From the NCBI GenBank assembly GCA_031409335.1, contig JANNWY010000170.1:32001-96000 (forward strand): a DNA stretch of 64,000 bases, read 5' to 3'. The translations under genes and the position numbers were made by a program. The first letter of the stretch is position 1. Every line of letters starts with the position of its first letter. Of the stretch, positions 30,557 to 40,153 are shown piece after piece. This stretch comes from Chthoniobacteraceae bacterium. GTDB taxonomy: Bacteria > Verrucomicrobiota > Verrucomicrobiia > Chthoniobacterales > Chthoniobacteraceae. A model generated the notes under the pieces. The model was not told where the DNA came from. It saw only the letters and a program-made list of their open reading frames with translations, and did no database searches.

Positions 30557-33500
30557 TCACCGATCGGCATGCCGGCGACGAAATCCCAGCACCGCGAGCC
30601 CGGCCACAACCGTCGCGATGATCGAAGGCTCCGGCACCGCGTGAATCGTCACGTCGTTACCCGAGCCGCCAGTGTAGCTGAAAAGCCACGCCTGCCCGCC
30701 CGCGTAAAACACTTCTCCTTCATCAAGCGCGTTCCCGGCAAAGACGAGCGGTGCCGGGACGGATTTCGAAATTGGACTGCCGCTGTCGTTTCGGATCAGG
30801 ATGAACTCGTCGAAATCGTCGATGGGATCGAAGCCCGGCGCGAGTTGCAGATCGAGGGTGACATTGCTTCCGAGTGAAGGCGCATTGAGCGATACGACCC
30901 GATCGAAGAGCGTGCCGGAGTCGAGCAGGATATGCAGAGTCGCGCCGGTTTCCAGTTGCAAGGTTCCCGCAGAAATTTCACCGGCACCAACGCTTGGGTC
31001 CAATGTGCCGTCGATAGATAGATCGCCACTCACGCTGCCGTCGCCAGTGACAGTCGTTCCGGCAATTGCCGTGATACTTCCTGCAAGAGGGCCGCGCAGA
31101 TCAAGGGTGCCTTCGTTGACCATCAGCGTTCCGATGAATTCCGCGCCGTTGGCGATTGTCAACCGACCCAGCCCGCGCTTCGTCAACGGAAAGGAGTTTT
31201 GCGAACTGAGCGGTCCGAGGAGCGAGATATCGAAGCCATTAGTGTCCAGCGCGAAAAAGCCGATGGTGGTCTGGAGGGGCTTCGAGGTCGTCCAGGGGCC
31301 GGTGACTTTGAGCGATCCGGATTCGAGGAATATCTGCGAGCTTTGACCGAAGGCTGCATCTCCGTTGATCGTCAGGTCGGTGTGGATTGTCGTCGGACCC
31401 GTGTAACCGTTCACGCCGGTAATGCTCATCGAGTTGGAGAATTGCAGACTCAGCCCGCCGGGGCCGGTGATCGGTGCGGTGAATTGAAAGACCGAGCCAG
31501 ACGAACCCTGGAAACCGATCACTCCGCCCCCGAGGCGCAATGGACGGTCGAAGACCAGCGTCCCGCCTCCCTCCTGTTCAAAGCCCGCGTTGTAGATGGT
31601 GATTTGACTTGAATCGGGTCCGAAGGCGCTAAGGTCGTTGAACCGAATAAACCCACCATTGATGACCAGCGGCCCGGTGAAGGAATTGGCCTCACCGAGG
31701 CTGATATCCCCTCCGGACAACGTCAGCCCGCCCGTCCCACTTATCGGAGCGTAGATCCGAGCATTTCCCATGATGTGACCCTGCCGGCTGCCAAAGCTAA
31801 GCGGGATCAAAATGACCGAATCGCTCAGTAGCGCCACTCCCCCTGTGATCTCGATGCTCCCGTCGCCAACGATCAGACCACTGCCCGTCATGTCAGAAAG
31901 GCTGTTGACGGTGATCGCTGTGTCGATCGTGGTGAAGCCAGAGTTGGGGAGGCGATAATTTGAGCCTGGAACAGGCGTGAAGCTGTACTCGGCGTCGGTG
32001 AGCATGCGCAGCCCTCGTGTCGGATCGTACGTTACCAGCCTGCTGGGATCGGTCCCGTCCGCCGCATTCGTGGCATACATAAAAGGGATGACCGGCGTGA
32101 CACCGGGACCGCCAGCCAGGTGCGAGGAAAAACCATCACCGAAACGGAGATTCGCCACGCCGGGGCCGGGAGCGGCACCGAGATTGGCATTGCTCGCATC
32201 GACCCTGAAAGTCGCCGCACCCTCCGGTCCGCGACTCAATCCGGCGAAATCGACTTGAAGCGCCGCGACATCGTGTTTGGGAACGATCCTCCCAAATCCG
32301 CAACCCGTCAGCAGCCCAAGTTGGAGCGCGGCGCTGCCGGGCTGGAGATCGAGCGTACCTCCCCGCAGAAAAATGGAAGTCGTCGTCGGGATGCCGAACG
32401 TGTTGCGCAAAGAGATGGTGCCAGAATTGTCAGCCGCGACTGAATTCACTTCCGAAAGTCGCCCCATGCCTTCGAGCACCAGAGAACCGTTGACGTCCGC
32501 AACGATCAAGCCTCGATGATTCAATGTGCCCGCGGGAGTGAAAGCTACCGATCCGGGGAGGTCGTAAAAAACCCGGAGCGTCCCCGTTCCGCGGGTACTC
32601 CCGGCAAAGTCGCTGTTTCCCTTCACTGAAAGCATCCCATTCGTGCCAAGGTCGATCATCCCTCCGCCGTGCAGCGAATAAACCGTGACCGAGCGCGATG
32701 CGGTGTCGAGCGTCGCCCCCGGCGCGACAGAAACGTTGGCATTCGCGAGAGCATCCGGGTTTCCGAGTCGCACCGTCCCCTCCTCGATATAGGCAGGTAA
32801 GCCGGTGACATTTCCGCGCAAGTTCAGCACAGCCGGACCGAGTTTGTGAAACGTGTTCAATCCACTCCCGGAGTTCCTGATCGGACTTGTCACATCAAGG
32901 TCGCTGCCAGTCAAAAACACCGCCCCGCTCGAGAACCGGAGCGCGCCGCCTTCGATTGACGCGCTGCCTGGGCCGACTTTCGTGAAGACCACCGTTCCAC
33001 TGACCGTCAACTGGCTTAACACCGGAATCTTCAAATTCGCCCCGGCGTTCATCCCGATCGTTGCCACCGTATTCGATGGGCCGGCTGCCGTGGTCGCGGT
33101 GCCAACCAGGAAATTTGCCGTCGTCGGAGTGCTGCCGCCGTTCGCTGGATTTTGGATCGTCGCACCAGTTACGTATTCTTCGGCTCGCGCCGCCCTGACC
33201 CCGATCGGCCCCGCCGAATCCACCGTGCCATCATAAACCCCCAGCCCCAGCGGTGTGCCGTTGGTGTCCGCCACGATCAGCCCTCCGACAAACGAGCCGC
33301 TCGCTGGTGCGAGGGTCGTCTGCACGATTCGCGTGAAAGCGCCTCCGGGTCCGCCACCGAGCGCATCAGCCTGCACCACGGCCAGTGCTCCCGCGCCGCG
33401 CGAAAATGTTTCCACATTCAGGATATGGCCCGCGCCGCCCGGCGCCGTCAGCCGGATGCTGCTCAGCGTCGAATTGCTGAGGCTCAAAGTCGAAATGCGC

Positions 33501-36500
33501 TCGACGACCGAAACCAGCGGGTTGCCGAGCAGTTCCAGCACGCCGCCAGCGAGTTCGAGTCTTCCATTTGAAATCAACCGGCCACCGTTCAGCGGGTCCG
33601 CGTTGTCGAAAACGATCGCTCCTTCCGCGATGGAGATTCGTCCGCCAAAACCCGCAGCGTCCGCGATGGTCGCACGGCCCGCGCCGGTTTTGAGGAGCAC
33701 TCCACTGCCAGTAAGCGGGCCGGAGAGGACCACGTCGAATCCCGCGGTGTCGAGCGTACCGCTGGTAGGAACCAAGACCTCACGCGAGCTATTCCACGGC
33801 CCGGCGAGCACCAGCCTGCCGTTGTTGAAGCGCACCTGCGGACTCGCCCCGAGCAACGCATCCGAGCCGAGCGTGAGCGTGCCGGAGATCATCGTCGCGC
33901 CGGTGTAAGCGGGCGCGTTGTCGAAAATCAAGCGCCCCGTGATGTTCAATCCACCCGGCCCCGTCACGGGTTGCGCGACGTGCAGCGTGCCGGTCGCGCC
34001 GGTCGTACCGAGCACACCGAATCCGCCATTGAGTCGGATCGCGCGCGGCAAAACCAAGTCGCCGCTGCCCGACCACAACACCCCGCCGCTGTGCATCACG
34101 ATCTCGCCGGAGTCGGTGCCCAGTTGGGACGGCGTGGCGAAAGAGAGCGCGCCCGCATTGATCGTGAGCGGGCCGGCGATGTTGTTGACCGGCGGAAGGA
34201 CGAGCGCGCCGGTTCCCGATTTCGTCAGGCCACCCGAGCCGTTCAGCGCACCGAGCAGCCTAAGGCTGGTTTGGTCGATGACAAAATTCGCCTCGGCAGA
34301 ACCGAAGCTCAGACCGTTTTCAATTTGCCCCGCGCCATTTGCACCGAAAAATCCGCTGGAAATTGTGATCGTTCCGGTGCCGAGAATATCCCTCAGCGTC
34401 ACCAGCGAGTTCACCGTCACCGCAGCATTATTCGTCGGTCCGGGATTGCTGCGAATATGCACGTTGGCACCCGTGGTGAGCGTCGCAGACAGCTCGCCCG
34501 CAGTGAGGCGACGGATGCCAGTGGCGACGCTAAACGTCACGGGGACCGTTCCGATGGTGCTGTCGAAACCGGAGGCGAACGGCAGGATCGGGACGTTCGT
34601 CGCCGTCGTGCCCGCGCCCACGAGATTTATGGAGAGCCCCGCCGGGAACAGGACCTTGGCCGCACCGCCGAGAGTCGCCGCCGATTCGAAGCGCAGCGTG
34701 GCGCGATCGTTCCGCGTGAAGCCAGCGAACGCGAGCGCGGCACCGGTCTCCACTTTGAAAGTCGCCAGCCCGCGCACCGAGAGCGCACCAAGATTTTCGA
34801 CCACGGAGCCGCCCAGCCCGCCCGCGAGCGAGAGCATTCCGCCGCTGATCTCGATCGGCACCGTGCCGAGCCGCGCGAGCACCTTGGTCGCGTTGTCGAG
34901 ACTCAGCCTGGCACCCGCGCCGATGAAGACCGACGAGGCAGCGAGCGCGCTGGCATCGCCATTGAAATACACGTTGGGATTGACGCTCGGGTATGGATTG
35001 TCGGCGGTCGCGATGAGCGGTCCCGAAAAGGTCAGCGGCGCAGCAAAGTTGGCGTTTGAGGTGATCTTCAATCCGCCCTGCCCGCCGACGCTGACGCCGC
35101 CGGAAAAGTATTGCACCGTCAGCATCCCAGCGGCGGGCAGCTCGATCGCGCCCGCTCCGGTAATCGTCCCGACGCTGGCGGGAATTTGCGAAAAGCGGAG
35201 CGTCGTCCCGGCGGACACGTTCACCGTGGCGAAGCGCAACACATCGCCCGCCGTCACATCTATCGTGCCGCCGTTGAGATTCAGCGTGCCGGGCAGCTTC
35301 GCCGCCCCATTGAGCGTGAGCGTGCCGCCACCGGCTTTGTTCACGGTCGTCCCGGATACGCGGCTGCCGAGCGAGAGATCGCCGAGCGCGATGATGTAGG
35401 CCGGACTGCTGGGAAAATTGAGCGTGCCGCCCGCGATGGTGGCGTGCGCGCCGGAATCGACGAGCAGGCTCGCGGCATCCAGCGACAAGACCTGGCCGGG
35501 ATCGAGCGCCACGCTTCCCGAGCCGCCAAGCCGCAGGGTGTTGACTCGATTGAACGCACCACCCGTCGTGGTCGGACCGCTCGCGAAAAAGTGGGCCGTC
35601 ACAGGGGTCGTGCCGCCATTCGCCGGGTTGCGAATTTCCGCGCCGGTCGTGTAATCGGCGGCAGTGAGCGCGCGCACGCCGATCGTTCCCGCGGCGTCAC
35701 TCGATGCATTGTAAAAGGCCAGCGACGTGCCGGACTCCGTGGACGAAGTGTCGGCGAGCGCGCCGGGAATCATGCCATTCGTGAACACCGGCGCATTGGC
35801 AAAAACGATCCGTGTGAAGGCAGTGCCCGCCGCACCGCCGAGCTGGTCGCCGCGGAAAAGAATACTGCCCGTTCCTTGCGTGAAACTCCCAAGCGTCAGC
35901 GTCGCGGTGGCCGCGCCCGGCGCGCTGACGGTCAGGATGTTCGTGGTGTTTGCACCGAGGCTCACCGCGCCGACTCGTTCCGTCACCGCCGTCCCAGCGT
36001 TTCCCACCAGACTGAAACCGCCGCCGTTCAGCGTGACCGTCCCAGTGTCCACGAGCCGGTTGGCGGCGACGGTCGCGCTGTGATCGATCCGAAATTCCCC
36101 ACCGCTCGCGACGGACACATTCGCTGCCAGCGCGCCATCATCCGAGAGAGTGAATGTTCCGCCCTGCACTGCCACCGTTCCGCGAAAACGCGACGGCGCG
36201 AGGAGCCGCAACTCGCCTGCGCCGCGCTTGGTGAGCGTGCCCGCGCCCGTCACCGCGCCAGACCAAGCCGCGTCGAAGCCAGCGGTGTCGAGCGTCGTGG
36301 AGACGAGGTTGATTTCGCGCGCGGTGCTCCAATTTCCCGCGAGCGCGAGCGTGCCTCCGGCGAGATTCAGCGCGCCGCCCGCGCCGAGCGCGGAGTCGCC
36401 GGGAATCAAGAGCCGGCCTGAGCCGAGATGGGTCGTGCCCGCGTAAGTGCTGCCCGCCGGGAGCGCGATCGTGAGGCCGCCCGTCGCCGCGATTTGCAAG

Positions 36501-38494
36501 CCGCCCGCTCCGGCGATCGGAGCCGTGATTTGGAAATCGCCCGTGCCGCCCGCACTGAGCAGCGCGAGGCCGGTGCGGGTTTCGATGGGGCGCGAAAAGG
36601 CGATCACGCCCGCGCCGATGTAGCTCAGGCCCGCGCCGTGCCCGTTGATGACGATCGCGGAATCCGCCCCGCCGAGGCCGACCCGCGCGTTGAAAGCGAT
36701 CGTGCCCGCGTTGATCGTGAGCGTTCCCGTGAAGAAGTTTGCCGCGGCGAGCGTGAGCGTTCCCGAGCCCGATTTGGTGAGCCCATTCGTGCCCGCCACC
36801 GCACCGCCCAGCGTCAGATTGGCGGTGGTGAAAATGTTCGCCTCCACGTTTCCAAAATCCAGCGGCACCGTTATGCCGCCCGCGCTGCGCTGAAATAACG
36901 CGCCGCTCGCAATGGTCAGCGTGCCCGTGCCGCTCACGCTGCCGCCGTCGAGCAGCAGCGCGTTGACGGTGCGCGCGGCGTTCAGTGTTTGCGGTTCGCT
37001 GAGCCGCACGTTTTCATTCGCTGCCGCGGAGGCGAGGGTCATGCGATATTCGGTCGTGTTGTTCAGCGGGCGCAGGCCAGTCGCGCCGTAGGTGACGAAG
37101 CCAATGCCCGTGCCGGCTGCGCTCGTGTCCCCGACGGCGTAAGGCAGAATGCTGATCGCCGGGCCGGTGCCGCCGCCGCCGACCAAGACCGGCGGTGCCG
37201 TATTTACGAAGATGCTGCCGACGCCGCTGCCGGGCGTGCCGCCAAGGCCCGTGCCGCGAAAAAGAAAAGTGCCGCGCGCCGTGCGCGCGAGCGATTGCAG
37301 ATTCAGCCGCGTGCCGATCCCGGTCGTGGCCGAGGAGGTGATCGGGGAATATCCCGCGCCTTCCACCGGGCCGACCGTTTCCGTTTGCTGCGCTCCGCCG
37401 GGCGTCGTCGCGAGGTAAAGCAGGCCGCCGCCGCGGAGATGGATCGGCGTGGTGTCGGCAACGCGATTATCGGTGGCGGCGCTTCCATTCAATCGCAGCG
37501 TGGACCCGGCGCGGATGTTGAAATCGGATGTTTGCAGCAGGGAGCCATTCGTTCCGCCAAGACTCAGGATGCCGCCCGCGAGCGTCGCGGACTGTGGCAA
37601 AATGCTGTAGTCCAACGTGGTCGCGCCTGTGTAAGTCGAGGAAGCCGACAGCGTCACCGTGCCGCCACCCGCCCGCAAAATGACCCCCGCCCCGGCGGTC
37701 GCGCCGCTGATGACTCCGGTGAGATTCTGGGAGCCGCCGGAACTGCCCAGAGCGGCGAGCGTGAGATCGCCCTGCAACACGACGGAATTTCCAATCACGA
37801 GCCCAGTGCCCGCGAAGCTGAACGTTCCGCCGCGCACCGTGAGCGCGCCCGTGCCGAGCGCGCTGGCCGAGGCGACGGCGAGATTTCCCGACTGCAAAAC
37901 CACGCCGCCGGAAAATGTTTGCGTGCCGGAAAGCCGGACCACGGACGCATTCGCCGAGGTCGCGCCAGTGTCGATGGTGAGCGGCTGCGCGAGCGCGCCC
38001 TGGCTGATCGCACCGAACAAATCGAGCTGGCCCGGCCCGCTCGCCGAGATGGTCAGGCCGCCGCCGGTCGCGTCGAGTTGCAGCGGCAGGCCGATCGTCG
38101 CATCGCCGATGCCGCGCAATTCGATGCCCGGATTCGCGCCCGTGAAGCGCAGGGTGCTCCCCGCATTTCCGACGATGGAAACGCCGGTCGAGGCGGTGGT
38201 GTCGAAGATGATTTTGCCGAGGGCAAAGGCTCCCGCGAGATCGTCGGTCGCGGTCACCGCATTCGTGAAACGTAGCGCCAGCGCCGCATCGCCCCCGGCT
38301 GCGGGAGCCGTCCCATCGAGCCAGTTCGCCCCGGCGCTCCACAGGCCGTTGCTTTCGCCGATCCACACCTCCTGCTGGGCCGACGCGGTTTGCCCCGCCA
38401 GAAGTGCCGCGGCAAAAGCGGCAAGCGAACTTCGCCTCGCATACCGCCGACGTTGGGACGCATTGCTTCCAATCAGAATACCGGGGAGGAACAT
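30557..38494 (-). CDS. Giant autotransporter-associated beta-strand repeat adhesin with PEP-CTERM (~2,645 aa)
   Basis: Many LTKxGxGTLTL...TYTGxT repeats, C-terminal VPEPSIIATVVAGLAVLGFRRR. Confidence 0.88.
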   Translation of the reverse strand: MFLPGILIGSNASQRRRYARRSSLAAFAAALLAGQTASAQQEVWIGESNGLWSAGANWLDGTAPAAGGDAALALRFTNAVTATDDLAGAFALGKIIFDTTASTGVSIVGNAGSTLRFTGANPGIELRGIGDATIGLPLQLDATGGGLTISASGPGQLDLFGAISQGALAQPLTIDTGATSANASVVRLSGTQTFSGGVVLQSGNLAVASASALGTGALTVRGGTFSFAGTGLVIGNSVVLQGDLTLAALGSSGGSQNLTGVISGATAGAGVILRAGGGTVTLSASSTYTGATTLDYSILPQSATLAGGILSLGGTNGSLLQTSDFNIRAGSTLRLNGSAATDNRVADTTPIHLRGGGLLYLATTPGGAQQTETVGPVEGAGYSPITSSATTGIGTRLNLQSLARTARGTFLFRGTGLGGTPGSGVGSIFVNTAPPVLVGGGGTGPAISILPYAVGDTSAAGTGIGFVTYGATGLRPLNNTTEYRMTLASAAANENVRLSEPQTLNAARTVNALLLDGGSVSGTGTLTIASGALFQRSAGGITVPLDFGNVEANIFTTANLTLGGAVAGTNGLTKSGSGTLTLAAANFFTGTLTINAGTIAFNARVGLGGADSAIVINGHGAGLSYIGAGVIAFSRPIETRTGLALLSAGGTGDFQITAPIAGAGGLQIAATGGLTIALPAGSTYAGTTHLGSGRLLIPGDSALGAGGALNLAGGTLALAGNWSTAREINLVSTTLDTAGFDAAWSGAVTGAGTLTKRGAGELRLLAPSRFRGTVAVQGGTFTLSDDGALAANVSVASGGEFRIDHSATVAANRLVDTGTVTLNGGGFSLVGNAGTAVTERVGAVSLGANTTNILTVSAPGAATATLTLGSFTQGTGSILFRGDQLGGAAGTAFTRIVFANAPVFTNGMIPGALADTSSTESGTSLAFYNASSDAAGTIGVRALTAADYTTGAEIRNPANGGTTPVTAHFFASGPTTTGGAFNRVNTLRLGGSGSVALDPGQVLSLDAASLLVDSGAHATIAGGTLNFPSSPAYIIALGDLSLGSRVSGTTVNKAGGGTLTLNGAAKLPGTLNLNGGTIDVTAGDVLRFATVNVSAGTTLRFSQIPASVGTITGAGAIELPAAGMLTVQYFSGGVSVGGQGGLKITSNANFAAPLTFSGPLIATADNPYPSVNPNVYFNGDASALAASSVFIGAGARLSLDNATKVLARLGTVPIEISGGMLSLAGGLGGSVVENLGALSVRGLATFKVETGAALAFAGFTRNDRATLRFESAATLGGAAKVLFPAGLSINLVGAGTTATNVPILPFASGFDSTIGTVPVTFSVATGIRRLTAGELSATLTTGANVHIRSNPGPTNNAAVTVNSLVTLRDILGTGTITISSGFFGANGAGQIENGLSFGSAEANFVIDQTSLRLLGALNGSGGLTKSGTGALVLPPVNNIAGPLTINAGALSFATPSQLGTDSGEIVMHSGGVLWSGSGDLVLPRAIRLNGGFGVLGTTGATGTLHVAQPVTGPGGLNITGRLIFDNAPAYTGATMISGTLTLGSDALLGASPQVRFNNGRLVLAGPWNSSREVLVPTSGTLDTAGFDVVLSGPLTGSGVLLKTGAGRATIADAAGFGGRISIAEGAIVFDNADPLNGGRLISNGRLELAGGVLELLGNPLVSVVERISTLSLSNSTLSSIRLTAPGGAGHILNVETFSRGAGALAVVQADALGGGPGGAFTRIVQTTLAPASGSFVGGLIVADTNGTPLGLGVYDGTVDSAGPIGVRAARAEEYVTGATIQNPANGGSTPTTANFLVGTATTAAGPSNTVATIGMNAGANLKIPVLSQLTVSGTVVFTKVGPGSASIEGGALRFSSGAVFLTGSDLDVTSPIRNSGSGLNTFHKLGPAVLNLRGNVTGLPAYIEEGTVRLGNPDALANANVSVAPGATLDTASRSVTVYSLHGGGMIDLGTNGMLSVKGNSDFAGSTRGTGTLRVFYDLPGSVAFTPAGTLNHRGLIVADVNGSLVLEGMGRLSEVNSVAADNSGTISLRNTFGIPTTTSIFLRGGTLDLQPGSAALQLGLLTGCGFGRIVPKHDVAALQVDFAGLSRGPEGAATFRVDASNANLGAAPGPGVANLRFGDGFSSHLAGGPGVTPVIPFMYATNAADGTDPSRLVTYDPTRGLRMLTDAEYSFTPVPGSNYRLPNSGFTTIDTAITVNSLSDMTGSGLIVGDGSIEITGGVALLSDSVILIPLSFGSRQGHIMGNARIYAPISGTGGLTLSGGDISLGEANSFTGPLVINGGFIRFNDLSAFGPDSSQITIYNAGFEQEGGGTLVFDRPLRLGGGVIGFQGSSGSVFQFTAPITGPGGLSLQFSNSMSITGVNGYTGPTTIHTDLTINGDAAFGQSSQIFLESGSLKVTGPWTTSKPLQTTIGFFALDTNGFDISLLGPLSSQNSFPLTKRGLGRLTIANGAEFIGTLMVNEGTLDLRGPLAGSITAIAGTTVTGDGSVSGDLSIDGTLDPSVGAGEISAGTLQLETGATLHILLDSGTLFDRVVSLNAPSLGSNVTLDLQLAPGFDPIDDFDEFILIRNDSGSPISKSVPAPLVFAGNALDEGEVFYAGGQAWLFSYTGGSGNDVTIHAVPEPSIIATVVAGLAVLGFRRRHADR

Positions 38495-38642
38495 GGTGAA
38501 GACAGGAACGAGTTCCGGTCCGTGTGTCAAATCGGAAGACGGTCTTTACACTGAGAAGGTCAACGAAGTCTTCCCGTCCTTCCCGGAAACGCGGCGCACC
38601 TTTCAGCTCACGGAGCCGTTTGGCGGCTTCTCCGATCGGTTG

Positions 38643-39779
38643 CTACCGCGCCTCCAGTTTGAAAATCAGCGCGTCGAGGACCATGTCCGCTTTCACTTTG
38701 ATCCGCCGTCCGTCGCTGATCGGGTCCTCCGGCGGCAGGCGCTTGATCATTGTGGCGATCACCTCCGCGGAGCGGTCGCTGGCCGCTTTGAGCAGATCGT
38801 CCACGGCGGCGGACACCGATGCGGCTGGCGCGGCTTTCTCACCGTTCGGGCCGCTTTGGAGAAAGTGCGCCGCTGATTCCGCGCCGATGCGGATGTGCCA
38901 GGCATCGTTGTTCGCGAAAAAAATTGCCAGCGCGCCCCGCTTGGCCACGCCCAGCCGCGCGGCTTCCTTTTCGAGCCACGCGTCGAGCTGGTCGCCCTCC
39001 GCAGCGGCGGGCGGTTTGGCATGGACGCGCGCGGCGAGCTTGGTGCCAGTGAAGCGCTGGAAGTTCACCAGCTTGTAGTTGAATTGCTTCGCGCGGTCCC
39101 ATTCGGTCGGGAGGATTTTGTCGGGATCGTCAAAGGGCGCATCCGGCCCCGGCTCGCGCGGCCCGGGGTAGCGGCTCGCTTTCGCGACGAGCGCATCGAA
39201 GGCCGCCTCATCCGCGCGGAACGCCCGCGCCGCCGCGCCGAGGCGCAGGATTTTCACCCGCATCGTGTCGCCCTGCTGGATCTGCGGCAACAGCTCCAGC
39301 CCGCGGACCACGCGGCCAAAGACGTTGTGCTGATAGTTCAGCCGGTGCTGCGCGCTGAGCATCAGGCAAAACTGCGACCCGTTCGTGTCGGGCCCGTCGT
39401 TGCCCATTTGCACCGTCCCCATCCCATCGTGCCGCAGGCCGGGGACGATTTCATCGGGGAAAAGATAACCCGCGTCGCCCTCGCCCGTCCCCTTTGGATC
39501 GCCGCCCTGCACCACCAACCCCGGCACCACGCGGCACCACGTCAGCCCGTCGTAAAACGGCTTGCGCGGCTTCGGCCCCAGCGCGCCCTCGGCCAGCGCC
39601 ACATGATTGGCCACCGTCATCGGCACCTTCTCGTAAAACAGCTCGCACACCACCACCCCGCGCTCCGTGGTGATCTCGCTGTAAAGCCCGTCCGGCAGGC
39701 CGTGCGGATGCTCCGCGCGGCACAGGCCGGAGACGACGAGTGAAAGCAAAAGGACGAGGAAGCGCGTGAGGTTTTTCAT
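38643..39779 (-). CDS. Cyclophilin-type peptidyl-prolyl isomerase with C-terminal extension
   Basis: PMTVANHV, FYDGL.., QGGDP, TNGSQF, VFGRVV, signal peptide. Confidence 0.85.
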   Translation of the reverse strand: MKNLTRFLVLLLSLVVSGLCRAEHPHGLPDGLYSEITTERGVVVCELFYEKVPMTVANHVALAEGALGPKPRKPFYDGLTWCRVVPGLVVQGGDPKGTGEGDAGYLFPDEIVPGLRHDGMGTVQMGNDGPDTNGSQFCLMLSAQHRLNYQHNVFGRVVRGLELLPQIQQGDTMRVKILRLGAAARAFRADEAAFDALVAKASRYPGPREPGPDAPFDDPDKILPTEWDRAKQFNYKLVNFQRFTGTKLAARVHAKPPAAAEGDQLDAWLEKEAARLGVAKRGALAIFFANNDAWHIRIGAESAAHFLQSGPNGEKAAPAASVSAAVDDLLKAASDRSAEVIATMIKRLPPEDPISDGRRIKVKADMVLDALIFKLEAR

Positions 39780-39884
39780 CGGGATCACGCCGCAGGCGAG
39801 CGCAGCCAACGGAGGTTGTCCAGCGTCAAACCGGTTCCGGTCACCGCGGATTGATCTCGCGCGCGGCGTGCCAATCTCCCGCAA

Positions 39885-39955
39885 GCGCGAGCGTGCCTCT
39901 GGCTGATCGCACCGGACAAATTGAGCTGGCCTGGCCCGCTGGCGGAGGTGGTCAG
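39885..39955 (-). pseudogene. Relic fragment paralogous to the N-terminal region of the giant adhesin
   Basis: 39900-39955 is 50/56 identical to 38001-38056 (LTTSASGPGQLNLSGAISQ vs LTISASGPGQLDLFGAISQ). Confidence 0.75.
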
Positions 39956-40066
39956 CGAGTTCACGATCTCCGTGGGTGACAGGTTGATTCGGCATGATCG
40001 TGGACACTTGCTCCACCCGAAGAGCGGAAGGAGGGCGGAATAGCGGACATCGGGTGAGTTGGCGGC

Positions 40067-40094
40067 TTGACAGATCGCGGTTCGCCCACAGAAT
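40067..40094 (+). promoter_or_regulatory. Candidate sigma-70 promoter for hpnH
   Basis: TTGACA-N16-CAGAAT, ~60 nt upstream of the ATG. Confidence 0.4.
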
Positions 40095-40153
40095 CGCGCC
40101 ACTTTTTCGGCGACCGACGACAGACTGGACGCCTGCTTTTCACCGTACAAACA

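Noticed and set aside
28390..30609. Long antisense ORFs (739 aa here; also 2252-4021, 24674-26227, 57744-59837 and others)
   Set aside because: They shadow well-supported genes on the opposite strand, which is expected at high GC, and show no motifs.
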